A DNA stretch of 62,206 nucleotides, filler included, from Nemertoderma westbladi (taxonomy: Eukaryota > Animalia > Xenacoelomorpha), in assembly GCA_032718475.1 (NCBI GenBank). It is 3 parts of 3 records of this genome, joined end to end, with 100 filler letters (N's around TTAATTAATTAA, not from the genome) between each part and the next. Parts side by side here need not be neighbours in the genome. Positions count along the whole stretch, not along the records: positions 1 to 26,755 come from JAUCBJ010003194.1; 2 more parts are not named here. One strand, written 5' to 3'. Each line of letters opens with the position of its first letter. Within the stretch, counting starts at the first letter, position 1. The notes under the pieces were generated by a model. That model searched no databases and had not been told where the DNA came from. It saw only the letters and a program-made list of their open reading frames with translations. Positions 1 through 12,419 of this stretch are shown piece by piece. Both the position numbers and the translations under genes were made by a program.

Positions 1-321
1 CAGGGCCGGATTAAGATTATCAGGGCTGTGGGCTGAGTAATAAAAAGGGCCATTTCCGACGGCTGAAAAATAACATGAAAACTATATACAGTAATATGTA
101 GGCCCTACTGTAATTTACTACACCGGTTAGCAAGTTAATGTTACTGACTAAAAATAAACTAAAAAAAACTAAAACAAAAATGAAACTAAAATATTTAGGG
201 CTTCCTTCCTTCCGTTTATGAGGCTTTGCACAGCAGTTAAATTAGTGGAACTACTGTAAATCATTCCTCTTAGCGGCTGACAGAGGAAATATAGATGTCT
301 GTCAGTGAGTAGACCCCTTGG

Positions 322-1363
322 CCCCCGGACACTTCCCCCCCAGTTAAAGTGTTAAAATTAATCTGGGTGCATCAAAGCAATAAACAAAAGTTAAAGATGG
401 TTACAGGACAAGTTGTATCTAGACAAGTTTTTTCAAAATTATGAAAGAAACGTTTTGTTTGTTTTTCTTTTAATTCCTTTAATTCTTTTAATTTCTTTTA
501 GTTGGGGGCTGCCGCCCCCAAACCCCCGCTTATTTTGTTGGGGGCTACCGCCCCCAAACCCCCGCTTCTTTTCTTGGGGGCTGCCGCCCCCAAACCCCCG
601 CTTCTTTTCTTGGGGGTTATCGCCCCCAGACCCCGGCATTTCCCTGAGTGCCCGTGGTGAAAGACTTAAGACCACTTTGAAATATTTGATTCATGTTTGT
701 ATTTTTAATATATAAATTACTACAATATTATATAATTCAACAAAATCCTATTAAAAATATTGCAAGTAACCAGGAAATTTAATATGTAGTGTGTATAATA
801 TCTATATAGTATGTATAGTAGTAATATATATATCAATATGTAATGCTGAACACAGAATACAGGTCGACGCATGTCGATTTTACCCTGGAGAGGTATAGTT
901 TTGATTGCAACAATAATATTCATCCCCATCTGCTACAATTTGAAGAAGACTATTACATAATAATACCTATAATTAAAACAATTAATTATTATAATTCTAT
1001 AGTTAATAAAAACAGTATATCATTCGGGGGATGGAATTTATAGGTCATATAATTAATTGTTTAAAGATTAGCAAACAATACGATGTAATTGCATTGATAA
1101 AACCCATAAATAAAACTTGGATATAAAAAAAATGTAAAATCGGGATGCAAAAGATCACTTTCTGAGCTACGAAAGGAAAATTGGATACAACTTATCTGGA
1201 TACAAACGGTCAGTTTACCTTACAAAATGAAAAATACGAATGTGCGAAGTTAAGAACAGTCGGGGGGGAAGTGTCTGGGGGGGAAGTGTCCGGGGGGGGA
1301 AGTGTCCTACTTGAGCGGGGGGGAACTGTCCGGGGGGGAAGTGTCCGGGGGGGAAGTGTCCGA
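322..1363. mobile_element. Nested MITE-like element with repeated GGGGGGGAAGTGTCC ends
   Basis: CCCCGGACACTTCCCCCCC at ~323-341 is inverted relative to several GGGGGGGAAGTGTCC(GG) copies at 1261-1361. Confidence 0.45.
503..635. repeat. ~36-bp GC-rich tandem repeat, ~4 copies
   Basis: Repeated TTGGGGGCTGCCGCCCCCAAACCCCCGCTTCTTTTC; each unit can form a GGGGG/CCCCC hairpin. Confidence 0.85.
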
Positions 1364-1738
1364 ACACCACTAATTATACCGCTACACAAAATGTTTATCT
1401 AGACTATATAGCTCGTTATATATTGTAAACGCGAGCGAAGCGTGCGGACATTTTTTATAAACCTGTTTATAACTTTGTGATTTCAAATGGAATTTAGGTA
1501 CCAAGTTGGGCTTTTCTTTTAAAGATTACCTTCAGATTGTATTACGCAGCCACTCATCAGTTATTTTCGAATTTGGGGCCCCTTTCAAGACAGGGCCCCT
1601 AGGCTACAGTAGTAAGTTTTTGAGGGGCCGGTACAGTCGCTTTGGCCGTGGGCTTCAGCCCACACAGCCTCCCCCTTAATCCAGGCCTGTAAGTAGGTGT
1701 AGATGTAGACCCTCGACCATAATAATATATTACAGGTA

Positions 1739-2076
1739 CATATTGTCTGTGGGGCGAGCCACGAAGTGAGCGAAGCCTTAGCATATGGGTGCCATTGGCG
1801 AGTTGTCTGTCGTCGTCGTCTGCCGTCGTAAATTTTTGATCGCTAATAACTCGGTTATTCCTTGAAGAAATTAAACGAAACTGGGTATGTATGTAGTCCG
1901 TCAAAAGTTTAGAAAGAATCTGAAGTTTCGTCAAAAACAAACGAACGCAACGAGGCACAAGATGAGGACGAGTATTGTGTTGAAGACTTCTGACTAACGG
2001 CAGACAACTCGTTAATGGTACCCATATGCTAAAGGCTTTGCTAACTTCGTGCTGCGCGAAGACCCCACAAACATAT
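1739..2076. mobile_element. MITE with ~70-bp terminal inverted repeats
   Basis: 1739-1809 (...CACGAAGTGAGCGAAGCCTTAGCATATGGGTGCCATTGGCGAGTTGTCTG) is the imperfect reverse complement of 2001-2076 (CAGACAACTCGTTAATGGTACCCATATGCTAAAGGCTTTGCTAACTTCGTG...). Confidence 0.7.
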
Positions 2077-3710
2077 TGGAGGCAGGGCCAGGGAGGGACT
2101 ATTGGAGGCAGGGCCAGGGAGGGACTATTGGAGGCAGGGCCAGGGTGGGACTATTGGAGGCAGGGCCAGGGGGGGGGGACTATTGGAGGCAGGGCCAGGG
2201 AGGGACTATTGGAGGCAGGGCCAGGGAGGGACTATTGGAGGCAGGGCCAGGGAGGGACTATTGGAGGCAGGGCCAGGGAGGGACTATTGGAGGCAGGGCC
2301 AGGGAGGGACTATTGGAGGCAGGGCCAGGGAGGGACTATTGGAGGCAGGGCCAGGGAGGGACTATTGGAGGCAGGGCCAGGGTGGGACTATTGGAGGCAG
2401 GGCCAGGGGGGACTATTGGAGGCAGGGCCAGGGAGGGACTATTGGAGGCAGGGCCAGGGAGGGACTATTGGAGGCAGGGCCAGGGAGGGACTATTGGAGG
2501 CAGGGCCAGGGAGGGACTATTGGAGGCAGGGCCAGGGAGGGACTATTGGAGGCAGGGCCAGGGAGGGACTATTGGAGGCAGGGCCAGGGAGGGACTATTG
2601 GAGGCAGGGCCAGGGAGGGACTATTGGAGGCAGGGCCAGGGAGGGACTATTGGAGGCAGGGCCAGGGAGGGACTATTGGAGGCAGGGCCAGGGAGGGACT
2701 ATTGGAGGCAGGGCCAGGGAGGGACTATTGGAGGCAGGGCCAGGGAGGGACTATTGGAGGCAGGGCCAGGGATGGACTATTGGAGGCAGGGCCAGGGAGG
2801 GACTATTGGAGGCAGGGCCAGGGAGGGACTATTGGAGGCAGGGCCAGGGAGGGACTATTGGAGGCAGGGCCAGGGAGGGACTATTGGAGGCCGGGCCAGG
2901 GAGGGACTATTGAAGGCAGGGCCAGGGAGGGACTATTGGAGGCAGGGCCAGGGAGGGACTATTGGAGGCAGGGCCAGGGAGGGACTATTGGAGGCAGGGC
3001 CAGGGAGGGACTATTGGAGGCAGGGCCAGGGAGGGACTATTGGAGGCAGGGCCAGGGAGGGACTATTGGAGGCAGGGCCAGGGAGGGACTATTGGAGGCA
3101 GGGCCAGGGAGGGACTATTGGAGGCAGGGCCAGGGAGGGACTATTGGAGGCAGGGCCAGTAAGGGACTATTGGAGGCAGGGCCAGGGAGGGACTATTGGA
3201 GGCAGGGCCAGGGAGGGACTATTGGAGGCAGGGCCAGTAAGGGACTATTGGAGGCAGGGCCAGGGAGGGACTATTGGAGGCAGGGCCAGGGAGGGACTAT
3301 TGGAGGCAGGGCCAGGGAGGGACTATTGGAGGCAGGGCCAGTAAGGGACTATTGGAGGCAGGGCCAGGGAGGGACTATTGGAGGCAGGGCCAGGGAGGGA
3401 CTATTGGAGGCAGGGCCAGGGAGGGACTAGTGGAGGCAGGGCCAGGGAGGGACTATTGGAGGCAGGGCCAGGGAGGGACTATTGGAGGCAGGGCCAGGGA
3501 GGGACTATTGGAGGCAGGGCCAGGGAGGGACTATTGGAGGCAGGGCCAGGGAGGGACTATTGGAGGCAGGGCCAGGGAGGGACTATTGGAGGCAGGGCCA
3601 GGGAGGGACTATTGGAGGCAGGGCCAGGGAGGGACTATTGGAGGCAGGGCCAGGGAGGGACTATTGGAGGCAGGGCCAGTAAGGGACTATTGGAGGAAGG
3701 GAGGGACTAT
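2074..3710 (+). repeat. 26-bp G-rich minisatellite, ~63 copies
   Basis: Unit TATTGGAGGCAGGGCCAGGGAGGGAC, highly homogeneous, no spacers. Confidence 0.98.
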
Positions 3711-4374
3711 TAATATCTCGTTTCGGAGAATTAAGAGTTTTATTTTATTATAAAATACCTTTTTGGTCCGCATAAGTGCATTTAACAAATACTTGTTATA
3801 CTTTATTAAATTGTAACTTTTTCTCACTAACATACACCAAACACCCAGATTCGGGAGAAAAAGAAGTACTTTTTCCTCAGGAAAAGTAACTCATACGATT
3901 GCATTGATTTCACTTTTTTTGGGGCGAAAATCAAAATAATGAAAAAATGTGAAAAATATATTTCTTAAATTTTTTTATGTGTTGAAAAGGTATCAAAGTG
4001 GAATAGGTTTGCACGAAATTTGAATCCACGCAAACACTCAAAACATTTTAGTGACATCCAGTTTTCACATCTTCTTTTTTTCAATATAATACTTTTTACG
4101 CCGGGGAATAAGTAAAATAAAACCATCGTAAGGGCTATTTTTCATATTTTTCCAAGAAATAGTTGTTAATTGTAAACTAAGGGGAAAGGGGCAGGTTAGG
4201 TTAGAGTGAAATGTTACTATGTTACTAGTCCAGCATGCATGTTACTAATCCCAAGGTGTTCATTGCTAGAGTTACAAATACACTTCGGGACCAGTAAATT
4301 CAAAGGTGGTGGGGGGAAATGGAAGCCTCTCAGCTCTACGTGAAATATAACTTCCTCTGGGAGGGGTATTTAGA

Positions 4375-4545
4375 AATACTTTTGCTAAGTTTCGGTGTTC
4401 ATCCCATCGGTTATATATTGAATATGGTATGTGTGTTAATATGAAGCGAGAGGAACGACTCTGCAAATTGTGTGGTCTGGGCAGACTAGAGGATGAGTTC
4501 CACTTCCTACTGGTATGCCCAGTCTATCACAATTTGCGTATGTGA
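4375..4545 (+). mobile_element. Non-LTR retrotransposon ORF2 C-terminal fragment (CCHC region)
   Basis: Manual translation gives FAKFRCSSHRLYIEYG...REERLCKLCGLGRLEDEFHFLLVCPVYHNLR, a typical LINE C-terminal motif. Confidence 0.75.
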
Positions 4546-5002
4546 TATTTACCACACAGGTAGGCCTACAATATGGGTGCTAGCCATGTGTCCGTAGTTA
4601 ATTGAAATTAATGTCCAGCTAAGCGAAGGTACGGCGTTTTATGTGCGCGACTATTATTCTAACTTGTATGATTACGTAGCTGTTTAGCTGTAGGGGGGCT
4701 GGTGTATGTTGTTACTTGTGAGGTGTATTGTTTCACTATATACGGCCTTTGAAGTGCAGTTTTCAGGTTCATAAATGTCAACATTGGCATTAATTTGCAT
4801 GTTGTGATTATATAATATAAAAATAATAATAATAATAATAATAACCAAAATAACAAACGGGAGATAATATTGCACTGCAGTTTCAATAAATAATTAACAG
4901 TAGCGTATTAATAATTTTTGCTATTGATAATCATTTCAATCATATTTTTGCTAACTTTTTGTCCATTGTATTATTTATTAAGATCACTGAATATTTCAAA
5001 TA

Positions 5003-5932
5003 ATGGCAGAAAAAACTATCAGTGTATTTGTAGAGAGTGTGAACGCCACCTTCGTCTGTCACGTGATTTACTCCGAGGCTGCCAAAGCGAGAGACTGTGT
5101 TCTTAGCCATGACGAAGCCGTGATGGTCACGGTTCACGACATAGGGAATAACCACTCCCATTTCCGGAAATTCTTCGAAGAGGAGGATATGAAAGCGATT
5201 GAGAAGCATCTGACCGTGATTCACGTGAACGTGCCGGGTCACGATAACCCAGTACACCTGCCGCCGGACAACACGTACCCGAGTATACATCAGTTGGGAG
5301 AAGCACTGGAAGACGTCCTCCGGGGGGTTGGAGTCCAAGGGCCGGTAGTCGGGTTTGGGCGGGGTGCCGGGGCCAACACCTTGTGTTGGTACGCCCTCAC
5401 AAACCCGTCTCGGGTTATCGGATTGATTCTACTGGAGTGCACCGCGATCAGCGCGGGGTTTATGGAGTGGGCCCAAGAGAAGATGGTGGTTCTACAACTC
5501 CATAAGAAGATGACCAATTCCGCGGAGAGATTCCTGCTGTGGCACTACTTTGGTAGTCATCGCGAAGGACACGAATCTGCGATTAAAGAATACCACGACC
5601 ACCTCCATAACCACGCCAATTCCGACAACATGGGTCACTATATAGAGGCCTACATGAACCGAGAATCGTTCCAGGATAGACTCGGTGAGTTCAACTTCAA
5701 CGTGCTCCTGGTAACCGGAGCGCACAGTCAGCACGCGGCGGAGGTGGAGTCGATGGCTCGGCATATGAAGATCGGGAAGACGAACTTGTTGAATCTATCC
5801 GATGTTGGTACTGATATCATGGGGGAGGCGGGTCCTCAGCTCGCAGAGAGTGTCATGTATTTCCTTCAAGGTCTGGGATTGGTAGCCGCGGAAAAGAGTA
5901 GAGGAAGGTCTCTGTCAACTATGTCGATGTAA
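5003..5932 (+). CDS. NDRG: NDRG-family (Ndr) alpha/beta-hydrolase-fold protein, intronless
   Basis: Motifs VTVHDIGNNH, HVNVPG, YPSIHQLGE, VVGFGRGAGANTL, AGFMEW, YFLQGLG. GC-richer than the flanks; AATAAA overlaps the stop codon. Confidence 0.93.
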   Translation: MAEKTISVFVESVNATFVCHVIYSEAAKARDCVLSHDEAVMVTVHDIGNNHSHFRKFFEEEDMKAIEKHLTVIHVNVPGHDNPVHLPPDNTYPSIHQLGEALEDVLRGVGVQGPVVGFGRGAGANTLCWYALTNPSRVIGLILLECTAISAGFMEWAQEKMVVLQLHKKMTNSAERFLLWHYFGSHREGHESAIKEYHDHLHNHANSDNMGHYIEAYMNRESFQDRLGEFNFNVLLVTGAHSQHAAEVESMARHMKIGKTNLLNLSDVGTDIMGEAGPQLAESVMYFLQGLGLVAAEKSRGRSLSTMSM

Positions 5933-7849
5933 TAAACAAACAGTTAAGAACACTGCGTCTTAGATTAGTTATTATATTACACCACAGTATAAAAAAAGTT
6001 GTTTACTTAAGTATATATAGTCTATATTTGTCTAAATAATGTGTTGGTGTACTGGAAATATTATTTGATTTAGATTATGTTAATTTGACACAAAGAAACG
6101 CGAAAAATGAATACATGATGGTATCATGGTAAAGCATAAGAGATTCAACCACCAATGCGGCATTATTGTGCCGCCTTAAGATAAAAACCTCTTATAGCTT
6201 TGTTATAAACTTAATATATGAACAATATATATATACTAATAATAAACTAATTATTGTCTACTATATCAGTAAGATACAGTAAAGTCATGGTTGTTTCACG
6301 TAAACTTCAGGGACAGAGTGACAGAAAATCTGTTCATATTCGTGTAAGGCGGGAAAAACTTACCAATAAAAGTTAATTGCTATTGCTTGATGAATTCTTA
6401 TATTGAAATGAAGAAGGCTTCGCGCTAAATTAAAAACCATGTGTCCAAGTAACAGTAACTCGACAGGATCCATTTTGCAATGGAATTCTACTGAATGGCT
6501 TTGCAGCAATTGTGATCAATGAGATTCCACGGAAAGAAAAATATAATAACTTCTTGTCACTACTGTAATTTAATTTAACCGAAATTCAGATGTTCTGCCC
6601 TCGTGTATTGAATTTTGCATTCAATGGCATTTTAGGTGCAATTCCTGCAAAACCTAAAACTCTCGGACAGCACAACTGATTTGGGGTAAATTAAAATTAG
6701 CGACAAAAAGTACTTATTTCCGAGACTTCTCTTATTGAAGAACATTACTTTCTCAGCAAGTCCAAATCTAGATCAGAAATATTATATCTTTGCACTAAGC
6801 CCACACTTACGGTGTGTTATATTTCTCAGCAAGTCCTGTAAAGATAAGTACCCTGCGTAACCTACAGCAAATAAATAACACATTCCCAAGATCCGATCAA
6901 AATTGCCAGCCAGGGGCCAGTCAGCCTTAAGGGGGCCAACTATAGCCCCACAGAAATGAAATTTTCGAAAATTTAGACAATTTTTTGTAGTTTGATAGAA
7001 GGGCTTTCATAAGGTGATGTCGGTTTTCAACAGTGAATTATTTTTTGACCTCAAAACTGCTCTTTTCAACAACATAATATTATATTGCTAAAATTTATGA
7101 TTCTCTATGCTATATAAAACAACCTTTTTATCAGTTTGTCGATATTGACTTTTTTCATCACTAAATTCCCTACTATATACTATTTTATTTTTTACTCAAT
7201 TGTCATCCAACATACAAAATGTTCAGCAGCTTTAGAACTACTATCGTTGGTTTTGTAAAACATGGCCATTTGGATCTTCTAGAACCGATTTAGTAACTGC
7301 TACACTTTGTCTGTCACAAAATATTTACTCTCAAAATATAGCCCGGAAATACTAAAATCCCCCTGAATTTTTCAAAAACAATAATTTTGTGCTAAAATTA
7401 TCATAGAAGATAGCCTACATTTTTAGGTCCATTTTACCAAAGTCTTGGACCAAGAACTTCAATGCAGGGTATTACAAATCCTTAAACATGAGCTAATGTA
7501 CATATAAATGCCACAAATTTATAGGATTTTTGAAAAAACCGACCTGCTCAAAAAGTGCCATATTTTTCGAACAAACGGTTTATGAAGCTATCTATACTCA
7601 GTTTTAATAGTATATATAAGATCACAGATAATTGTATTAAAGTTTCAGAATAGTAGCTTTATAAATAAAACAATTTTTTCACAATTTCAGTTGTTTTTTG
7701 CAGCATTTTCTTTTGAAAGAGTTTGCGGAAAAATATCAATTTTCGGGCCATTTTTGGAAAATACTAAAATGTGCCTTAGGGCCACCAGAGGCTTAATCCG
7801 GCACTGCTCATTCCTATTGCTCTGCTGTAGTATGAAGCTGGATTTCATA

Positions 7850-8065
7850 CTGGACTGTTGCAATAGAGAGGATCAGTCATGCCATGGCATGGCAGATTTC
7901 GTAATTCTGCTAGCGCGGAGACTACCTCTTCTCTTGGCCACAATAAGACGATGATCGATGGAGAATGGGTGAAGTTATGTACTGTAGTGTATTTAACACT
8001 ACAGTCTTGTACAGAGCTCCAGTATTGCTTTCGAAACATAATAATATTATGTTCTATCTGGGATA
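7850..8065 (-). mobile_element. Diverged fragment of the RTE-like LINE endonuclease region
   Basis: Similar to 9920-10110 (CTTGGCCACAATAAG, TACAGTCTTGTAnAGAGCTCC, TCTATCTGGGA). Confidence 0.7.
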
Positions 8066-8174
8066 ATGTCCTGAAAATGGTCGGAATTACGGAATTACTA
8101 TCGTTATAGATTTGCAGATTAGAAAATCCACTCAAAATCCGTAATTTTTTAACCAAATTGTTTGAAATTGTCAG

Positions 8175-10516
8175 TCAATGGTCTTGCATTCTTGTGAATG
8201 TGCCGTCCAGAGATTTGGTGTACTCAGCAGTTAGAGCCCAGCATGGACTCCCATAGAGGAGTACTGGAACTACTGCTGCTCTAAATAATCGGACCTTAAG
8301 TTTCCGATTAATTCTTGGTGACTTCCAAATCCTGGAAAGCCTATTCAAGGCTACCCATGCCTTTCCATTACGTATTCGAAGGTCCTCACCTGACTTCCGG
8401 ATCCATGATCCCAGGTAACAGAAGTCTTCCACTTGCTCAAGCATACCATCCTTTGAGCTTATGCTCATCCGGTCAGAGACTTGCTGAGGACTTTCAAAGT
8501 TAACTGTCAAAATTTTCTAATGAGCTGAGGAACTGTTCGGCTCCTTTAGTGATTATGAGAGTACTCCTAAGTCATCAGCAAAGTCTAGATCAGTTAGGTA
8601 CTGGCATGATTTCCTCGACTTCTGGTGCCAGTAGGTGGAGTTACCATCACCCCATCATCATTATGATGATCTAAGCACTTTCGTAGAACATAGTCAACCA
8701 CAATTATGAACAAGAATGGCGCAAGTGTGTCTCCTTGGAGGACTCCCCATAACATTTCGAATGGTTCTGTGTCACCGTCAACAGTAGACACAAATGTTGT
8801 CGAACCATCGTATACTGATCTGATTGCTGCAATAATTCCATCAGGAATCCCATATAATAAAAGTATGCTGAACATAATACGTGAGCGAGAGACTGAATCA
8901 AAGGCCTTGAAGAAGTCAACAAAGATAACAGCCAGATGCCTGCCTTTCTTTTTTGATAACTCTTCAATTATCCTTTAAGTGCCAAAATGGGCTCCATGGT
9001 CCCACGACCTTTACGGAACCCATTCTGATTTCCACGGAGCAGTCTCTCAATGGGATCCCTGATGCGATTTAATATAATTTTATTGTATAGCTTTGCAGCA
9101 ATCGAGATCAATGAGATTCCCCGAAAAGAACCATAGAGTGTTAGGTGGCCCTTCTTGGGAACTGGCACCAACTTATTTGTTTTCATTTCTTGTGGGACTC
9201 TTGTTGTACGGTACATGTCTACTATGATGGGATAGATGAGCTTTAAACACTCAGGTATTTTAAAGACCTCAGGGGGAACACCATCTACTTCACTGGCACG
9301 ATTGGTCTTAATGCTCTTTGCAGCAGCCTTCACTTCTGCAAAGGAGATATCACCAATGGGCATATCTGGGAGTACAGACTCAGACACTTTTACTTCTATA
9401 AGGTTATCAGGCAATACCCTGTCATTATTGAGGAGCTTTTCAAAGTGGGCCTTCCAACCATTGAGGCGATCGGCTGGTGATTCAGCCTTAACCTTGGTGG
9501 TTTGTTGGATTTTTCGACCAGCAAGCAAGTTGATCGATCTCCATGCCTGGGATGATTGCCTGCTGTCGTCAGCATCATTGATGGCATCAACCTGTTGGTT
9601 TATTAGCTCCTGTAAATTAACAGAGTACTGCCTGTTCAGGGACCTAGATGCAGCCTTAACTAGCATTCTTGGCCGCTGTAGTCTGTTTGAGTCGGGGCTC
9701 TTTCTGCGCCTTGTAGAGGTCATTTCGGCACTTCTGAACTTTGTTGTCAGTCCAGGGGGCCCGTTTCCTGTTTCGAGGGTATACTGGAACTGTTTCTGCA
9801 GCTGCTAACTTAACTGCCTCTGTGAACGCAGTATAGCCCTCACAGTGATCTGCCGCCTCAGAGGCAAGAACCTCATACCTGTTGCTCAGCTGTAGTGTGA
9901 AGCTGGATCTCACACTTGGCTGTTGTAACAGAGAGGACCAGTCATGTCGCGGCAAGGCATATTTCGTTGTTCTGCTAGCACGCAGACTAAGTCTTACCTT
10001 GGCCACAATAAGGCGGTGATCACTGCAGAAGGGTCGTAGTGTAAATGCATTACAGTCTTGTATAGAGCTCCTGTATTTCCTACGAAACAGAATATGGTCT
10101 ATCTGGGACTTGTGACCACTGGGTCCACTATGAGTCCATAGCTTTCCAGTTCGCTTCTTGAACTGGGTTCCAGCCGAAAACAATCCATTTCCAGAGATAA
10201 AATCCTGAAGATGGACGGAATTTCGGTTAACACTATTGCTATAGACCCAGGGCGATGTAGGTGATTGATGCAGACTTGCATTAAAGTCTCCCAGGAATGT
10301 TAAAAATGCATGCTGCTCCACTCCATCAGTAGCTGCTTTTAGATTGTGGAAGAAAATGTTCACCTCCTTATCTGGGGCGACAATAGTTAGAAAATAGCAC
10401 ACAATCTGAACCACCTTAGAAAACTTCTTAGCCAGTCTTCCAGAACACAAGAAGTAGCAACGGATGATGCAGTTAGAGACTTTGTCTATTTTGTTCCGGT
10501 GCTCTTGAAATTCCAC
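8175..10516 (-). mobile_element. Decayed RTE-like LINE (AP endonuclease + reverse transcriptase), frameshifted
   Basis: GDFNA, QIDHIL, SDHRL (APE); NQNGFRKGR, GVLQGDTLAPFLF, LTDLDFADD, FCYLGS (RT), split over several frames. Confidence 0.92.
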
Positions 10517-11042
10517 CGTACTAAAGCAAGGCTTGTCGCATTCGGGACCCGAGTGCTAGGGTGTTTACAGACTAGTCTAGTGACCTGGCTCAGGTTCACA
10601 AATGGCAGTGTTTGTCTGAGTGAAACATGATAGTAGCCTCCAACTCCAGAATCCATATCCCCCTACAACCTCCCTGGTGAGGATTTGTACCAGAAAGGTC
10701 ACAAGGAAAGGAACTGAAATAATTGTTTGCCAATCTCTCTCTCTCTCCAGTAGGGGGTAAGGTAAGATAGGCAGTTTGACAATTATTTGTGTTTAAATAA
10801 AGGCTACAAATTAAAGTCATACCAAAATTGATGAAAAGATCACTAAAAAAATACATTTCACCAATTTAAATAATGTCACCCCAAAAAAATTATTCAACAC
10901 CAAATAAAATAAAGTCACCCCCAAATAAAATTATTCAAACACCAAAATAAATTTATCAACAATAAAATATTCTGCCAAAATAAACAAACTCTTAGTTACA
11001 GACTCACAGTTGCAGACTATTGTTACGAGGATCGTCGGGTGA

Positions 11043-11131
11043 GTACAAAACAAAGAGCCAAGACTTTACTGCCCGTTCTGTACGAAACAAAGAGCCAAGA
11101 CTTTACTGCCCGATCTGTACAAAACAAAGAG
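11043..11131. repeat. ~38-bp direct repeat, ~2.5 copies
   Basis: GTACAAAACAAAGAGCCAAGACTTTACTGCCCG repeated. Confidence 0.75.
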
Positions 11132-11139
11132 GTAAAGTC

Positions 11140-11253
11140 GCATTAGGACCCAAAGAGCGTTAGGTTCCAAAGAGCGTTAGGTCCTAAAGAGCGTTAGGTC
11201 CCAAAGAGCGTTAGGTCCGAAAGAGCGTTAGGTCCCAAAGAGCGTTAGGTCCT
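11140..11253. repeat. 17-bp tandem repeat, ~6.5 copies
   Basis: TTAGGTCCCAAAGAGCG units. Confidence 0.9.
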
Positions 11254-11294
11254 ATTGATGCCATTTAAAGTATTATTGCTGCCGATTAAACCTA

Positions 11295-12400
11295 ATCTAT
11301 CCCATCATAGTAGACATGTACAGAACAACAAGAGTCCCACAAGAAATGAAAACAAATAGGCAACCTAACACTATATGGACATTTTCGTGGATGACTTTGA
11401 TGGTGTTCCCCTTGAGTGTTTAAAGCTCATCTATCCCATCATAGTAGACATGTACAGAACAACAAGAGTCCCACAAGAAATTAAAACAAATAAGTTGGTG
11501 CCAGTTCCAAAGAAGGGCAACCTAAGACTCTATGGTTTTTTTCGGCGAATCTCATTGATCTCGATTGCTGCAAAGCTATACAATAGAATTCTATTAAATC
11601 GCATCAGGGATCCCATTGAGGGACTGCACCGTGGAAATCAGAACGGGTTCCGTAAAGGTCGTGGGACCATGGAGCCCATTTTGGTACTTAGAAGGATAAT
11701 TGAAGAGTTATCAAAAAAGAAAGAATCTGGCTGTTATCTTGGTTGACTTCAAGGCCTTTGATACAGTCTCTCACTCACGTATGCTCAGCATACTTTCATT
11801 ATATGGGATTCCTGATAAAATTATTGCAGCAATCAGATCAGTATACGATGGTTCGACAACATTTGTGACTACTCTTGACGGTGACACAGAACCATTTGAA
11901 GTGTTATGGGGCGTCCTCCAAGGAGACACACTTGCACCATTCTTGTTCATTATTGTTGTTGACTATGTTCTACGCATGTCCTTAGATCATCATAATGATG
12001 ATGTGGTGATCGTAATTCCACCTACTGGCTAGCCATTCTAGGATTCAATAATTAAAGGTCGTAATAATTCTAGGATTTTGAAGTCACATAGAGTATAGGT
12101 AGTTCCAATACTCCTCTATGTGAGTCCATGCTGGGCTCTAACTGCTGAGGACACCACATATCTGGATGGCACATTCACAAGAAAGCTACGCCAGGTTCAT
12201 TGTGCCAAGTACAATGCACACATCTCCAACCAGACACTATATAACATTGGAGATGTCTCATTGGTTCCCCAAGCTGTTTTTTGATTGAGATTTTGTTTGA
12301 TTTTTGATCCCAGCGGAGGTATGGAAAACAGGAGTGCTAAACAGACCATTACTGAATGTTTGCAACCGGATGTTAAAAGAGGAAAAGCCACCACCAATTT
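11295..12400 (+). mobile_element. Decayed RTE-like LINE RT fragment, same family as 8175-10516, opposite strand
   Basis: Near-identical peptides (LKLIYPIIVDMYRTTRVPQE, GVLQGDTLAPFLFIIVVDY). 11295-11360 duplicates 11430-11492. Confidence 0.9.
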
Positions 12401-12419
12401 GGACTAAAGGTTAACTAAA

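Larger units (their letters stand above)
1..1689. mobile_element. Non-autonomous hAT-like DNA transposon
   Basis: Left end CAGGGCCGGATTAAG (1-15) is the near reverse complement of CTTAATCCAGGCCTG (1675-1689). Subterminal GGGCTGTGGGCTG and CAGCCCACACAGCC also match. No transposase. The TSD cannot be checked because the window starts at the TIR. Confidence 0.65.

Noticed and set aside
2026-3753. Long ORFs (GRDYWRQGQG repeats) or a CRISPR array
   Set aside because: Pure 26-bp tandem repeat cycling through all frames; no unique spacers and no cas genes.
6927-7806. TTAA-flanked element nested in a hAT end (CTTAATCCGGCACTG at ~7792-7806)
   Set aside because: Could not pair the termini or find a TSD convincingly.
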